Positions 53,461-62,970 of a DNA stretch of 64,000 nucleotides are shown here, piece after piece. Made by a program: the position numbers and the translations under genes. Source of the stretch: a virus; IMG/VR virus record IMGVR_UViG_3300010371_000028, positions 68,778-132,777 of that record. The stretch is one strand, 5' to 3'. The first letter of the stretch is position 1; each line of letters starts with the position of its first letter. The notes beneath the pieces are model-generated. The model saw nothing but the letters and a program-made list of their open reading frames with translations. It was not told the DNA's origin and made no database searches.

Positions 53461-53858
53461 GGGTCGCGCCCTTCGAGCGCGTCGTGCAGTGCCTGCATCG
53501 GCAGGGTCTTGCGCTTGCGGTCGTAGAGTGCCCACAGCCGCTTGACCATGGCCCGGGTGGGCGCCTCCTGGGCCGCGTGGTGCTCGGTAATCCGGCGCTT
53601 CTCGTCCTGCGCTGCAAACCGCTCGTACTCGAGGCCCGCGAGGCACATGGCGACCGCGGCTGCGGTGTCCGCCGGCGTCCGGCTGCCGTCGAGCACGAGC
53701 GCAACGATGTCCCGGGACCGGTCGGTCAAGTCCCATTTGACCTGGGCAAGGATGTCGTCGATGGCTACCGTGGTCTTGCGGGTGTCGTCGCGTGGCGCGT
53801 CGGGATCCTCGCCGTGCTCCAGCGTGGCGAGTTGCTGACGGCTGTATCCGTAGGTCAC
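53457..53858 (-). CDS. Hypothetical protein
   Basis: GAAAGGA RBS, GTGA coupling. Confidence 0.55.
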   Translation of the reverse strand: MTYGYSRQQLATLEHGEDPDAPRDDTRKTTVAIDDILAQVKWDLTDRSRDIVALVLDGSRTPADTAAAVAMCLAGLEYERFAAQDEKRRITEHHAAQEAPTRAMVKRLWALYDRKRKTLPMQALHDALEGRDP

Positions 53859-54205
53859 GGTCGTTCCTTTCGTTCGATCAGCCACGCCTCGATCGTGGCC
53901 AGGTCCGTCGCGTCCGGCATGTAACCATTCCGCAAGCGAGACAGGACGCTGAACGCCACGCCGGCCTGGGACGCCATGCGGAAGGAAGACATCCGCTCCC
54001 GTCGCAGCATCGCGTATAGCCGCCCCCACAGCGCCACGGCAGCCGGATCCGGCGGGTGCTCGGCCGCCCTCCTCGCCCGGGCCGCAGCAACCACCTCGCC
54101 GAGCGCCGCGACCGCCTCCGGGCCCATCGGGTCAGCGCCACGCACACGGATCGGCTCGCCCGACGGCAGCAGCACCGGGCGGCAGGAGTCGCCGGGCTCA
54201 GGCAT
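53855..54205 (-). CDS. Cro/XRE-like HTH protein
   Basis: MSSFRMASQAGVAFSVLSRLRNGYMPD. Confidence 0.6.
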   Translation of the reverse strand: MPEPGDSCRPVLLPSGEPIRVRGADPMGPEAVAALGEVVAAARARRAAEHPPDPAAVALWGRLYAMLRRERMSSFRMASQAGVAFSVLSRLRNGYMPDATDLATIEAWLIERKERP

Positions 54206-54569
54206 CGTCCACCTCGCTGTAGACCTTCTCCATCGCCAGCCGGTAGACCTCCGGGCCGTAGTGCAGCAGGCCCTTGCCCAACCGGTCCTCGACGATCGGC
54301 CCCAGGATGCGCTCAGCCGCCGCCTTGTCGACGCCGAGCGTGTGGGCGCGGGCGAAGAACTCCTCGCGCTCCACGATGGCTTTGAGCGCGTCCGGATATA
54401 GGTGCGCGGCCATCAGGTTTGCGCCTGCCGCCCGAAGTGCGCCGAGCGACGGGCCAGGCATCGACTCGATCGACTCGTCCGCCCCGCAGTTGCAGGAACC
54501 CGAGCAGCCGCCGTCCTGCGCGCATGGGGAGAGCAGCGAACGGCAGCACCAGGACTCGTGGTCAGCCAC
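54198..54569 (-). CDS. Hypothetical protein, Cys-rich N-terminus
   Basis: GTG start overlapping upstream stop. Confidence 0.5.
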   Translation of the reverse strand: MADHESWCCRSLLSPCAQDGGCSGSCNCGADESIESMPGPSLGALRAAGANLMAAHLYPDALKAIVEREEFFARAHTLGVDKAAAERILGPIVEDRLGKGLLHYGPEVYRLAMEKVYSEVDDA

Positions 54570-54771
54570 GACGACCGCCGAAGCTGAGCCGCGCCGCCAG
54601 CGCGATGACCCCGACCGCCGCGAAGCAGTAGACAATGCCCGCGACCGAACGGACCGTGCCATGAGTCCCGAGCGCGACACCGAACGCGGCTAGCGCCACC
54701 GGCAGCAGCGCCAGCAGTACGACACCGCGCCAGCCAGAGCGGGTAGCGGAACGCGCGAGGCGGCTACTCAT
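54562..54771 (-). CDS. Small 2-TM membrane protein
   Basis: GAGGAGG RBS; two hydrophobic segments. Confidence 0.6.
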   Translation of the reverse strand: MSSRLARSATRSGWRGVVLLALLPVALAAFGVALGTHGTVRSVAGIVYCFAAVGVIALAARLSFGGRRG

Positions 54772-55114
54772 CGTCTTCCTCCTCGAGTCCGCGCGCGTCG
54801 AACGCGCGCCACGCCGGGTACAGGTCGGAGAACTCGCGCAGGTCGTGCAGCGCGTCCCGGAACACGCGGCCATCCGGCAGCATGTCGGCCTTGCCGCCGC
54901 CGGCCTGCCATACGCCATGTGCGAACGCCGCAACCGCGGTCTCCCGGATCATCCGGGCGAGGTACGCGGCCAGGTGCTCGTCGTCGGCAAACGCCTCGAT
55001 AAACCCGGCCATCTGCCGCTCGAGGGCCGGGTAGGCCTCGGCGATCTCCTGCTGGCGCTGTTTGTCCCGCGTGTCGAAGTATGCGTTGAGCATGGCCGGG
55101 GTCACGTCAGGCAT
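54764..55114 (-). CDS. Hypothetical protein
   Basis: GGAG RBS; overlap-coupled. Confidence 0.55.
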   Translation of the reverse strand: MPDVTPAMLNAYFDTRDKQRQQEIAEAYPALERQMAGFIEAFADDEHLAAYLARMIRETAVAAFAHGVWQAGGGKADMLPDGRVFRDALHDLREFSDLYPAWRAFDARGLEEEDDE

Positions 55115-55116
55115 CG

Positions 55117-55320
55117 TCAGCTCCGGCGTTCGTTCGTTGCGGCGAGGTAGAGCGCCCCGAGCCAGCCGAAGACCTTCTCGGCCGGGGCGCCGTGATCGAG
55201 CATCTGTGCGGCGGCCAGTTCGTACGTCCGCTGGTTGCTGTCGAACGACCAGCCCCACCGGCCGGGGATCCGCTCGATGTACTCACGGACGTCGTCGGGC
55301 AGCTTGGGTGCGGTATCCAT
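55117..55320 (-). CDS. Hypothetical protein
   Basis: GAAGGAG RBS. Confidence 0.6.
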   Translation of the reverse strand: MDTAPKLPDDVREYIERIPGRWGWSFDSNQRTYELAAAQMLDHGAPAEKVFGWLGALYLAATNERRS

Positions 55321-55377
55321 GCGTCTCCTTCGGGGATGGCCGGGGCCCGTAGACCCCGGCCGGGCAAGTGCGGTCGG

Positions 55378-55923
55378 TCAGAAAGGCGGTGCCTCGTCGT
55401 ATCCTGCGCGCCCGCCACCGGTCGCCCACGGGTCGTCCTGCGGAGCCGGGCCGGACTGCTGCCCACCGGAGCGCTGCACGCCACCGGACTGGCCCCAGTT
55501 ACCGCCGCCGTTGCCGCCCGAGTTGCCCTGGCCGCTGTTGCCGCCACCGGAGCCACCGCCGCGCTGCGCCTTGGTGACCTTCGCCGTCGCGAACCGCAGC
55601 GTCGGGCCCACGTCCTCCACGTCGAGCTCGATCACGGTCCGCTGCTGGCCGTCCTTCTCGTACGACCGCTGCTTGAGCCGGCCCGACACGATGACCTGCA
55701 TGCCTTTGGTGAGCGATTCCGCAACGTTCTCAGCGTATTGACGCCAGACCGAGCACGACATGAAGAGGCTCTCACCGTCGGTCCAAGCGTTCGTGGTCTT
55801 GTCGAACGTGCGGGGCGTCGAGGCGATGCGGAAGCTGGCGACCGCCGCGCCGGACTGGGTGAATCGGAGTTCGGGATCCGCCACCAGCGTCCCGATCATC
55901 GTCGTGACTGTCTCTCCGGCCAA
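55378..55923 (-). CDS. ssb: Single-stranded DNA-binding protein
   Basis: [28 protein letters not shown], Gly-rich linker, acidic DEAPPF tail. Confidence 0.97.
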   Translation of the reverse strand: MAGETVTTMIGTLVADPELRFTQSGAAVASFRIASTPRTFDKTTNAWTDGESLFMSCSVWRQYAENVAESLTKGMQVIVSGRLKQRSYEKDGQQRTVIELDVEDVGPTLRFATAKVTKAQRGGGSGGGNSGQGNSGGNGGGNWGQSGGVQRSGGQQSGPAPQDDPWATGGGRAGYDEAPPF

Positions 55924-55951
55924 TGTGATCTCTCCTTAGGTAGTTCGATGG

Positions 55952-56164
55952 TCAGTTCGCGCCATTGATGGCGCGGATCCGCCGCCGGATCTCGGCGCGC
56001 GAGTTCTTCAAAGACCGCGGACACGACGGCGTACCCGCGATCACAGCCACGGTCCGGCCCTGATACGTGACCCGCCAATGGTGCTTGCGGGTGCGTGTTA
56101 CCTCGCAGCCGAGCGACCGCGCCCACCTGATCAGCGGGCGCGCCGCAGCGTTGCGGGACGTCAC
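55952..56164 (-). CDS. HicA-like small basic protein
   Basis: GCEVTRTRKHHWRVT..GRTVAVIAGTPS..RSLKNSRAEIRR. Confidence 0.5.
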   Translation of the reverse strand: MTSRNAAARPLIRWARSLGCEVTRTRKHHWRVTYQGRTVAVIAGTPSCPRSLKNSRAEIRRRIRAINGAN

Positions 56165-56463
56165 GGCTTGTCCCGCTCGGCGAGCAGCCGATCCCGGTCC
56201 TGTTCGATCTCGGTAGCGACCCGCTTCCAGTGGTCGCCGCGCTCGGACTCCAGCGCGCGGATCAGCGGCGCGAGGACGCCGACCGCGATCGTCAGGCTCA
56301 CGCCCAGATCCCACTGGTCGGCCTTATATCCACTCGCGCAGGCGTCCGGCCAGCCGTCGCACAGGCACAGGTCCTCGTGGTACGCGTCGTTGATCGCCTT
56401 GTTGACCGCCTCAGTCCACTCCTCGGGGACAGCCGGGACGTCGCGGCCGGGAACGATGCTCAT
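56161..56463 (-). CDS. Hypothetical protein
   Basis: GTGA coupling. Confidence 0.55.
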   Translation of the reverse strand: MSIVPGRDVPAVPEEWTEAVNKAINDAYHEDLCLCDGWPDACASGYKADQWDLGVSLTIAVGVLAPLIRALESERGDHWKRVATEIEQDRDRLLAERDKP

Positions 56464-56467
56464 CGGC

Positions 56468-56923
56468 TCATCCCCACCACGACGCGACCCACCAGCCGGG
56501 CTGATTCTCACCCGGCGGCGCCTCGATGCCCTGCGACTCCAGGAACGCGTCCAGCCGCGGCTTCCACGCCGGGTCCACGTCGATCGAGGTCACCGGACGC
56601 GGGCTGCCACGCCACGCAGTGGTCTTCGTGCCGGGGATGAACAGGAGCGGCATCGGGCAGCCGTCGGAACAATGCGAGTCCCAGTCGACCCCCAACTCCT
56701 CCTCGACCTGCTTCTCCAACTCGCGGTACGCGGCGAATTCGGACTCGTGGGCCGCCGCGTAGGTGCGGTAGTTGCTGCCATCCGGGCAGCCGTCCCACGG
56801 GTCGGCGTGGCCGCGTTCGGCGAGGATCGCCTTGACGGTCTCGCTCATGTCGGTGCCGAACTCGGTGTCTTCGTCGTCCCAGCAGTAGCCGTAGAAGACG
56901 TATGCATCGGTGGACTGGCCCAT
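56468..56923 (-). CDS. Hypothetical protein
   Basis: GGAGG RBS. Confidence 0.6.
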   Translation of the reverse strand: MGQSTDAYVFYGYCWDDEDTEFGTDMSETVKAILAERGHADPWDGCPDGSNYRTYAAAHESEFAAYRELEKQVEEELGVDWDSHCSDGCPMPLLFIPGTKTTAWRGSPRPVTSIDVDPAWKPRLDAFLESQGIEAPPGENQPGWWVASWWG

Positions 56924-56924
56924 C

Positions 56925-57158
56925 TCAGGCCTCCTTGATCTCGTAGCTGATGATGATTTCGTCGTCGCCGACGTGGAACCGGATCAGATCGTCGGACGGC
57001 TCGGAGCCCTCAGGGATTCGGCCCGCGTCGCGCAACTCCCGCTCGGCCTGGCCGTAGGCCTGGAACACCTGCGCCCAGTCCGCGCCGAACGGTGCCGGTG
57101 CCGGGACGGTCCACTCGACGGTCCGGGTGACGCGCTCACGGCGCGACCAGGTGGCCAT
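56925..57158 (-). CDS. Hypothetical protein
   Basis: TGATG coupling. Confidence 0.55.
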   Translation of the reverse strand: MATWSRRERVTRTVEWTVPAPAPFGADWAQVFQAYGQAERELRDAGRIPEGSEPSDDLIRFHVGDDEIIISYEIKEA

Positions 57159-57538
57159 CAGGCGTTGTCCTCTCTGGCAGGACCCCAGGCGAGCCGCGCC
57201 TCCTCGTGCGCCACGGTCCGGCCGCGGACAGTCCAGCGCTCGGCGAGCACCTGGCCTTCGCCGTAGACCGGATCCCAGTCGACCCGCAAGCTGCCCGTGA
57301 ACTCGTGCTTCGGGTGCGAGTCGATCAGGAACTGCAACTCCTGCCCGGTGCCCGCGGACCATGAGTCGGACGAACGCGCCGGAATGACGGCGACCGCGGT
57401 CAGGAGCCGGCCGTCCGGCCCGTCTTCCTCGTGGATGTCGAGCTTTACGTCCTCGACCCCGGGCGAGACCTTGCACTCCCGCCAGGTCAGCGGCGGTGTG
57501 ATCGTGACGCGGCCGGACCAGGTGTTGTCGGCGCTCAT
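57158..57538 (-). CDS. Hypothetical protein (DUF6205-like)
   Basis: GRVTITPPLTW N-terminal motif. Confidence 0.5.
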   Translation of the reverse strand: MSADNTWSGRVTITPPLTWRECKVSPGVEDVKLDIHEEDGPDGRLLTAVAVIPARSSDSWSAGTGQELQFLIDSHPKHEFTGSLRVDWDPVYGEGQVLAERWTVRGRTVAHEEARLAWGPAREDNA

Positions 57539-57540
57539 CG

Positions 57541-57987
57541 TCAGTTCCCTTTGTTGTTGTCGTTGCCGCCGGTCGCGGCCTGCTCGTCCTGCGCCGGACC
57601 GGCCGGCTGCCACTCCCCGACGAGGCGCCACGTGACGTCCTCGTCGACGGCGGCGGTGCCGAACCGGTCTTTGGTGGCGGCGGCGAGCGCTTCGGCTTTG
57701 GTGTCGTATTCGTCGTTGCTGTAGATGGACTCCCAGACGACCTTGAGTCCGGCCAGCTGCTGCCGCATCGTCTCGTTCTCGGCCAGGACGGCGCGGAGGT
57801 CGGCCTTCGCAGCCATGACGTGGGTGCTGTCCGGCAAGCGGTCGAGCAGCGCTTCGAGTCGAGCCGTGGCCTGCGTTACGAACCCGGCTTCCATCGCGTC
57901 GACCTTGGCGCGTTCGGCCTCCAGCAGTCGCCGAGACTCGGGGGTGTCGCGGAACCAGCCTGCCTCGTTGTCGTGGCTGTCGTTCAC
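57541..57987 (-). CDS. Hypothetical coiled-coil protein
   Basis: GGGAG RBS. Confidence 0.55.
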   Translation of the reverse strand: MNDSHDNEAGWFRDTPESRRLLEAERAKVDAMEAGFVTQATARLEALLDRLPDSTHVMAAKADLRAVLAENETMRQQLAGLKVVWESIYSNDEYDTKAEALAAATKDRFGTAAVDEDVTWRLVGEWQPAGPAQDEQAATGGNDNNKGN

Positions 57988-58436
57988 TGTGCGCTCCCGT
58001 CGCTGCGGTCCGGTGCGGCTGGCTGCGGTTCGTCGTGCATGTGGTCGAGGCAGGCGGCGATCTGGTCGAGCATCTGGAGTTTCGCGGCGATGGTGGCGGA
58101 CTGTGGGTTTTCGCGTTGGCGGTCGGCGAGGATGTGCTGGTGTACGCGGATGTGGCTGCGGATGGCGCGGGTCTTGTCTTCGAGTTCGGCGACGCGGGCA
58201 CGGGCCTGGTCACGCTCGGCGGTGAGCTGCCGGAGGTTGGCGAGTGCCTGGGTGAAGTCGGCGTCGTCGCGCGCTTCGGCGAGTGCCGTGGTGAGCCGGT
58301 CGACCTCGGCGAGCAGCTCCCGGCGGTGCGCGTAGACGCGGGTCGGGAACGGGTGCGGCTTCGTGGTGTCGAACGCGGCGTCGATCTCGCGGATCTCGGC
58401 GAGTCGCTGGGCGCTGATGACGTCCTGGCCGGTCAC
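57984..58436 (-). CDS. Hypothetical coiled-coil protein (ead/Ea22-like position)
   Basis: ELLAEVDRL motif; GTGA coupling. Confidence 0.5.
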   Translation of the reverse strand: MTGQDVISAQRLAEIREIDAAFDTTKPHPFPTRVYAHRRELLAEVDRLTTALAEARDDADFTQALANLRQLTAERDQARARVAELEDKTRAIRSHIRVHQHILADRQRENPQSATIAAKLQMLDQIAACLDHMHDEPQPAAPDRSDGSAQ

Positions 58437-58792
58437 GATCCGGCCCCGGTGGCGTGCAAGTCGGCCAGTCGGGCGAACGCGCGGCGGCTGATCGGGTTCG
58501 TGTTGATGGCGTCGATCATGGTCTGAGTAAGCGAGTCGGCCCCAGTAGCGCTCGTCTCCTCGGTGCCGGACGGGATCGTGACGGTGACGGTCGCGGTGCG
58601 GGCCAGTTCGGCGATGCGGCGGCACGGGTCCACCTGGTCGTGGCGTGAGAGGCCTTCGAGCTCGGGAACGTCCGGGAGTCGCATGCTCACGGCGTGCCAG
58701 TCGATGTAGGGGAGGTACTCCGCTCCGGACTCGGACACGATGTCCTGCGCCACTCGCTCGGCGAGTTCTCTTTCGCGTTCGGGGGTCAGCAT
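58433..58792 (-). CDS. Hypothetical protein
   Basis: GAGGAG RBS. Confidence 0.55.
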   Translation of the reverse strand: MLTPERERELAERVAQDIVSESGAEYLPYIDWHAVSMRLPDVPELEGLSRHDQVDPCRRIAELARTATVTVTIPSGTEETSATGADSLTQTMIDAINTNPISRRAFARLADLHATGAGS

Positions 58793-59118
58793 CCGGACTC
58801 CTCGGTGCCGGACGGGACGGCGGCGGTGGGCAGCCACTCGTCGATGACGACGGTGCGCTGGTGCTTCTCGACGCGAACCGCGTCCACGGCGTCGAGGTAG
58901 TCGGGGAACGGCGTCACGCCGTCCTGCTGGCTTTCGCTCTTCGGCTCGTCCCACTCGACGGCGTAGTGGTGGCCGTCGTCGGCGAGGAACACGCCGCGGT
59001 GGACGCGTACCCAGCGTCGCTCGCCCACCTCCTCGTCGTGAACGAAGTTGTCCCACGGCAGCCCGTAGCGGTGCTCGAGTTCGTCGATGGTGAAGGTCCG
59101 GGTGATCTGGTTGCCCAT
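58786..59118 (-). CDS. Hypothetical protein
   Basis: GGAGA RBS. Confidence 0.6.
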   Translation of the reverse strand: MGNQITRTFTIDELEHRYGLPWDNFVHDEEVGERRWVRVHRGVFLADDGHHYAVEWDEPKSESQQDGVTPFPDYLDAVDAVRVEKHQRTVVIDEWLPTAAVPSGTEESGC

Positions 59119-59137
59119 GTCCGTCTCCGTGTGGTTG

Positions 59138-59377
59138 TCAGTGGGATTGGTCGGATGTCTGGCCGTCGGCGGCCGTGGTGGTGGCGCGCGGCGTGACGAG
59201 GCTGCCGTCCTGGAGCGGGTTCGCGCCCTCGCACCACGCGTTGGTGTGGCGGATCACGCCAGGCGGTAGCGGGGCGTGGCGGATCATGTGCATCTTGGGT
59301 CGGCCGCTGGGGCGCAGCTTCACGGTGTCGTGGCAGACGGGGCATTCGCCCTCGGGCGCTGGCGGGTAGCGCGTCAC
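59138..59377 (-). CDS. Small Zn-finger protein
   Basis: CPVC...H...C; GAAGGA RBS. Confidence 0.5.
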   Translation of the reverse strand: MTRYPPAPEGECPVCHDTVKLRPSGRPKMHMIRHAPLPPGVIRHTNAWCEGANPLQDGSLVTPRATTTAADGQTSDQSH

Positions 59378-59451
59378 GTCTCGTTCCTTCGGTCGTCGTG
59401 TCGTGTCGTGGTGGCCCCGTGGCGGGGCTGTGGGGCTGGGATGGCGGCGCG

Positions 59452-59553
59452 TCAGGCGGCAGGAAGCGGGTGCTTCGCATCGAGATGCACGCTCATGTCG
59501 TCCTCGGGAACGAAGCGGCGCTGAGTCAGCGACAAGGCGAGCAGCGTCCGCAC
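59452..59553 (-). CDS. 33-aa micro-ORF
   Basis: GGAGG RBS; GTG 1 nt after MTase stop. Confidence 0.35.
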   Translation of the reverse strand: MRTLLALSLTQRRFVPEDDMSVHLDAKHPLPAA

Positions 59554-59554
59554 G

Positions 59555-60883
59555 TCAGGCCTCCGTAGATGCGGCAGCGGGAACCGGGATGCCGGTCGCG
59601 GCGGACAGGACATGCAGGGCCAGCAGGGCCGGCACGGCGTTTCCGACCTGCAAAAACTTCTGCGTCTTCGTCCCCTGCCACGGGTAATCGCGCGGGAACG
59701 ACTGAAGGACGGCAGCTTCCTCGACAGAGATGCGGACCGAGTCCGGCGCTGCGCTCTCCGCGCCCGCCTCGCTCTTCTTCGGCTCGCGCTGCACCCACGA
59801 GACGTCGTTGCAGCGCGAGCCGAAGAAGAGCGAGGCGGCAGGCTCGTCCAGGCCGCGAACCGCCGCGTTCGCCTGCGTGTTGTTCCGCAACGCCCACTCG
59901 ATGCCGTTGTTCGAGTGGTTGCCGAAGACGAGCGTGGAGGCGGGTTCCTCGGTCGTGCGGACCGTGCCCCGGTCGCGATCCCCGGCCTTCAGCACCCACT
60001 GGCCGCCGGACTTGCCCGTCAACGACGGCGCGGGCGCCCCGTAGGGATCGGCGGTCTGCCGTGTTCCGTCGGGCCGCTGATCGCGGTTGGTGTGCAGCAC
60101 CCAGGAACGCGTCTTCTCGGTCAGTGCCCATGACGGCTGGTCGGCCGAGAACTCGTTGCCGCCGGGTGTCTTGCGCTCGCCGCGGGTGTTGACGATTCCA
60201 GCCGGTATCCAGCCGAGCGCCTCGGCCATCGAGACCCAGCGCTGCCGGCCGGGACCGAACAGGGTGTCGGGCTCCGCGACCTTTGCATGCGTCGGCTCGG
60301 GCGGGGCGACTTCGCGCACTCGAGAGGCGATCAGGATCGCGCGGCGCCTGGTTTGCGGCACGCCGAAATCAGCGGCGTTCAAGATCCCGCACCAGGCCGA
60401 GTACCCGAAGCTACGAAGGATCCTGGCCATGTGCTCCCACAGCGGCAGGACGGCGGGCACCTGCTCGAGCGCGATCCACTCGGGGTGGATCGCCAGGGCG
60501 TAGCGCAGCGGCTCGACGACCAAGGGGGTGCGCGGATCCGAGCATGCCGCAGCGAGTTCGGGGCGCGGATCATTGCCCGCAGCGAGGTCGTCGAGCGCCC
60601 GGTGCAGCAGCGGCAGGTCGCCGACGCCCTCCTGCTTGCCGGCCGCGGAGAACGTACCGCACGGCGGGGAACCTATCTGGCCCTTGACCTTGCCGCGCAT
60701 CGGACGCGGGTCGAGCGTGGAGACGTCCGCGCGGACCGTAAGATGCCCTGCGGCGGCCCGGGTGGCGCAGGCGTGGGAGTCGAGTTCGAACCCGACCACG
60801 CGCCGGCCCAGGGCGCGGCAAGCCAGATCCCACCCGCCGGGGCCTGCGAAGAGATCGAAGTCGTCAATCGGAGTGGCGGCCAC
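59555..60883 (-). CDS. C5 DNA cytosine methyltransferase
   Basis: DLFAGPGG (I), GSPPC (IV), LEQV (VI), LNAADFGVPQTRRR (VIII), QVGNAVP (X). Confidence 0.93.
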   Translation of the reverse strand: MAATPIDDFDLFAGPGGWDLACRALGRRVVGFELDSHACATRAAAGHLTVRADVSTLDPRPMRGKVKGQIGSPPCGTFSAAGKQEGVGDLPLLHRALDDLAAGNDPRPELAAACSDPRTPLVVEPLRYALAIHPEWIALEQVPAVLPLWEHMARILRSFGYSAWCGILNAADFGVPQTRRRAILIASRVREVAPPEPTHAKVAEPDTLFGPGRQRWVSMAEALGWIPAGIVNTRGERKTPGGNEFSADQPSWALTEKTRSWVLHTNRDQRPDGTRQTADPYGAPAPSLTGKSGGQWVLKAGDRDRGTVRTTEEPASTLVFGNHSNNGIEWALRNNTQANAAVRGLDEPAASLFFGSRCNDVSWVQREPKKSEAGAESAAPDSVRISVEEAAVLQSFPRDYPWQGTKTQKFLQVGNAVPALLALHVLSAATGIPVPAAASTEA

Positions 60884-60884
60884 G

Positions 60885-61136
60885 TCAGCCCTCCTCGACC
60901 GCGCCGGCCGGCACCGGGTACCAAGGCTGGCGCGGGTCAGCCGGCGTCCATTGCGCGAGGGTGATCCCGCGCTCGCCATGCTTGAGTCCGGGCCGCGGGC
61001 CGTACTCGGTCGGAATGTCGGTCGGGCCATCGAACGACCACACCTCGAGCCCGGCGGGCAGCGCGGGCCTGGACCGGTCCTCATTCTCGGGAATGGGCTC
61101 GGTCACGATCAGGCGGTGGAAGGGACGGGCGGCCAT
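60885..61136 (-). CDS. Hypothetical protein
   Basis: TGATG coupling. Confidence 0.55.
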   Translation of the reverse strand: MAARPFHRLIVTEPIPENEDRSRPALPAGLEVWSFDGPTDIPTEYGPRPGLKHGERGITLAQWTPADPRQPWYPVPAGAVEEG

Positions 61137-61354
61137 CAGGACTCCTCGGCCGGGAACACCGGGTTCGCCCGGTAGTACTCGATCTGGGCCTGCAACGCCT
61201 CGATCCGCTCGAGAGCGCCCGCGAACGCGTCGTCATCCTCCCCGGCGTCGGCAGCCAGGACCGGCCCGGGCGGCTGAATCGCGGCGACGAACGGCAGCCA
61301 CGCCGCGTAGGTGCCGAGCACTGCGTCACGCACTTCCTGCGGAATCCCGGACAT
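61136..61354 (-). CDS. Hypothetical protein
   Basis: GGAGGA RBS. Confidence 0.55.
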   Translation of the reverse strand: MSGIPQEVRDAVLGTYAAWLPFVAAIQPPGPVLAADAGEDDDAFAGALERIEALQAQIEYYRANPVFPAEES

Positions 61355-61356
61355 GA

Positions 61357-61599
61357 TCAGTCCTCCTGCTCGTCGTGGTTGCAGTCGTACGGCTCGCATC
61401 GGCAGCCGGTCGGGTGGTTCTCGCGTTCGTGCGCGTCGACGGCAGCGATCTGGTCCGCGAGGTCCACGGCGCGCTCCGGGGCGGTCCAGACGAGCGCGCC
61501 CGGCCAGCCCTCCGCGTCGCGGCAGTCGTCGCACGCCAGCGCGGGCCTGCCCGTGTCCGGGTCGACGACGGGGCGGTAACGCTCATACGTGGTCGCCAT
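61357..61599 (-). CDS. Small Cys/His protein
   Basis: CDDC..H..H..CRC. Confidence 0.55.
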   Translation of the reverse strand: MATTYERYRPVVDPDTGRPALACDDCRDAEGWPGALVWTAPERAVDLADQIAAVDAHERENHPTGCRCEPYDCNHDEQED

Positions 61600-61600
61600 G

Positions 61601-61975
61601 TCAGGTTCCTTCCGAATCGTCTTCGGGCTTCGCCACGCCGGCGAGCCAGTCGTCACCGTCGGCCAGGTCGGGGCGGCGTGCGAGCCACTTCGCCACTGCT
61701 TCCTCGAGCCAGGGCCGCGTGTAGTCGGACAGGCCGTGCTGGCCCACATGCCAGCGCCAGGAGTCGCGGGCGCGCTCGTACGCGGCGGCCGACCACTCGT
61801 ATCCGCTCGCCGGGTCGATGTCCTCGATCGCGACGCCCTTCGCGAAGCAGAGGGCGGTGCGGGCGTCGGCCATGCTGGTGCGGGCGTCGGCGCGGGCTAC
61901 CGGGTCGGCGTCCCGGGTGTTGCCGTTCGCGTAGCGGCGGATGAGGGCGGCGGCGTCACGCACAGCGCGGTCCAT
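61601..61975 (-). CDS. Hypothetical protein
   Basis: GGAG RBS. Confidence 0.55.
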   Translation of the reverse strand: MDRAVRDAAALIRRYANGNTRDADPVARADARTSMADARTALCFAKGVAIEDIDPASGYEWSAAAYERARDSWRWHVGQHGLSDYTRPWLEEAVAKWLARRPDLADGDDWLAGVAKPEDDSEGT

Positions 61976-61976
61976 C

Positions 61977-62246
61977 TCAGGCTCCGATCCGCGCGTCGGA
62001 GGCGTCGAGCAGGATGCAGGCGTCGGTGCGAGGATCGCGCTTGATCCGCAGTTGGATGTCGGGGTTGCGGCGGTACTCGTGGACGTAGCCGCGGATCGAC
62101 TCAAGCCATGCCGGGCTCGGCTTGCGCGCGCAGTGGGCGAGGACGGCCGCGAGCCTCTCGTCGGTCGGCTCATCCTCGGGCCGGGCAATGTTGAAGTGAA
62201 TCGCGTACATCAGGAACGTGCACTCCATGCGCGGGGAACTGGGCAT
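61977..62246 (-). CDS. Hypothetical protein
   Basis: ORF track. Confidence 0.5.
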   Translation of the reverse strand: MPSSPRMECTFLMYAIHFNIARPEDEPTDERLAAVLAHCARKPSPAWLESIRGYVHEYRRNPDIQLRIKRDPRTDACILLDASDARIGA

Positions 62247-62247
62247 C

Positions 62248-62805
62248 TCAAGCTCCGATCATCGCGGCGAGGCGCGGGTAGTTGGCGACACCGGCCTGCA
62301 TGTCGGCGACGTCGATGTACCGGTTGGTGCGCCACAGCCGGCCGCGGAGCCAGACGAGGCCGCCGGAGTCGGGCTCGGCGTGGTGGTTGGCGCGGTAGGT
62401 GGCGGCGACCTTGCGGCCGAACGCGGACTCGTATTGGTCGATCCATGCGGCGTCCATGCCGAGCGAGGCGAGGAAGTCGCGGGCGAGGATCCGGCCGGAG
62501 TTGCGGACGGCGATCAGGGCGCGCTGCCAGTGGCTGCCGACGCGGACGCGGGCGGCGCGGCCGGTCTTGACCGGGGCGGCCTCGCCCTTGCGGAGGTGGT
62601 CGAGCGGCTTCGGCCGGGCCGGGGCGGTGATGGTGGCGGGCGTGACGCCGTTGAGCCGGTCGCGGACCGCGGCGGCAGCCTCGAACGAGGTGTAGTCGAT
62701 GCCGTCCACGGACTTGCCGCCGGAGTCGACCGACGCGAGCTGCCAGTGGCCGGGCGTGGTGTGCTGCACGAGGAACCGGGGGTTCGGGGTGGTGGTGACG
62801 GTCAC
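62248..62805 (-). CDS. Hypothetical protein
   Basis: GAGGAG RBS, GTG start. Confidence 0.6.
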   Translation of the reverse strand: MTVTTTPNPRFLVQHTTPGHWQLASVDSGGKSVDGIDYTSFEAAAAVRDRLNGVTPATITAPARPKPLDHLRKGEAAPVKTGRAARVRVGSHWQRALIAVRNSGRILARDFLASLGMDAAWIDQYESAFGRKVAATYRANHHAEPDSGGLVWLRGRLWRTNRYIDVADMQAGVANYPRLAAMIGA

Positions 62806-62841
62806 GGCGGGCTCCTCGGTGTCGCGTTCCCTGACACCTCC

Positions 62842-62890
62842 ATCATCAGGCCTACATGTTGGCCTGTCAATAGGCCCACGCGTAGGCCAA
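62842..62890 (-). promoter_or_regulatory. Promoter with flanking inverted operator-like motifs
   Basis: TTGACA-17 bp-GATGAT on minus; GGCCTAC-N4-(T/G)GGCC on both sides of the -35, in opposite orientation. Confidence 0.55.
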
Positions 62891-62970
62891 CAAGATTCTT
62901 TAGATGGCTGATGAGGCACCCGTGGCGTAGCACCTGGCGTTGGCCAACGTGTTGTGCGAAACTCGGAAGC

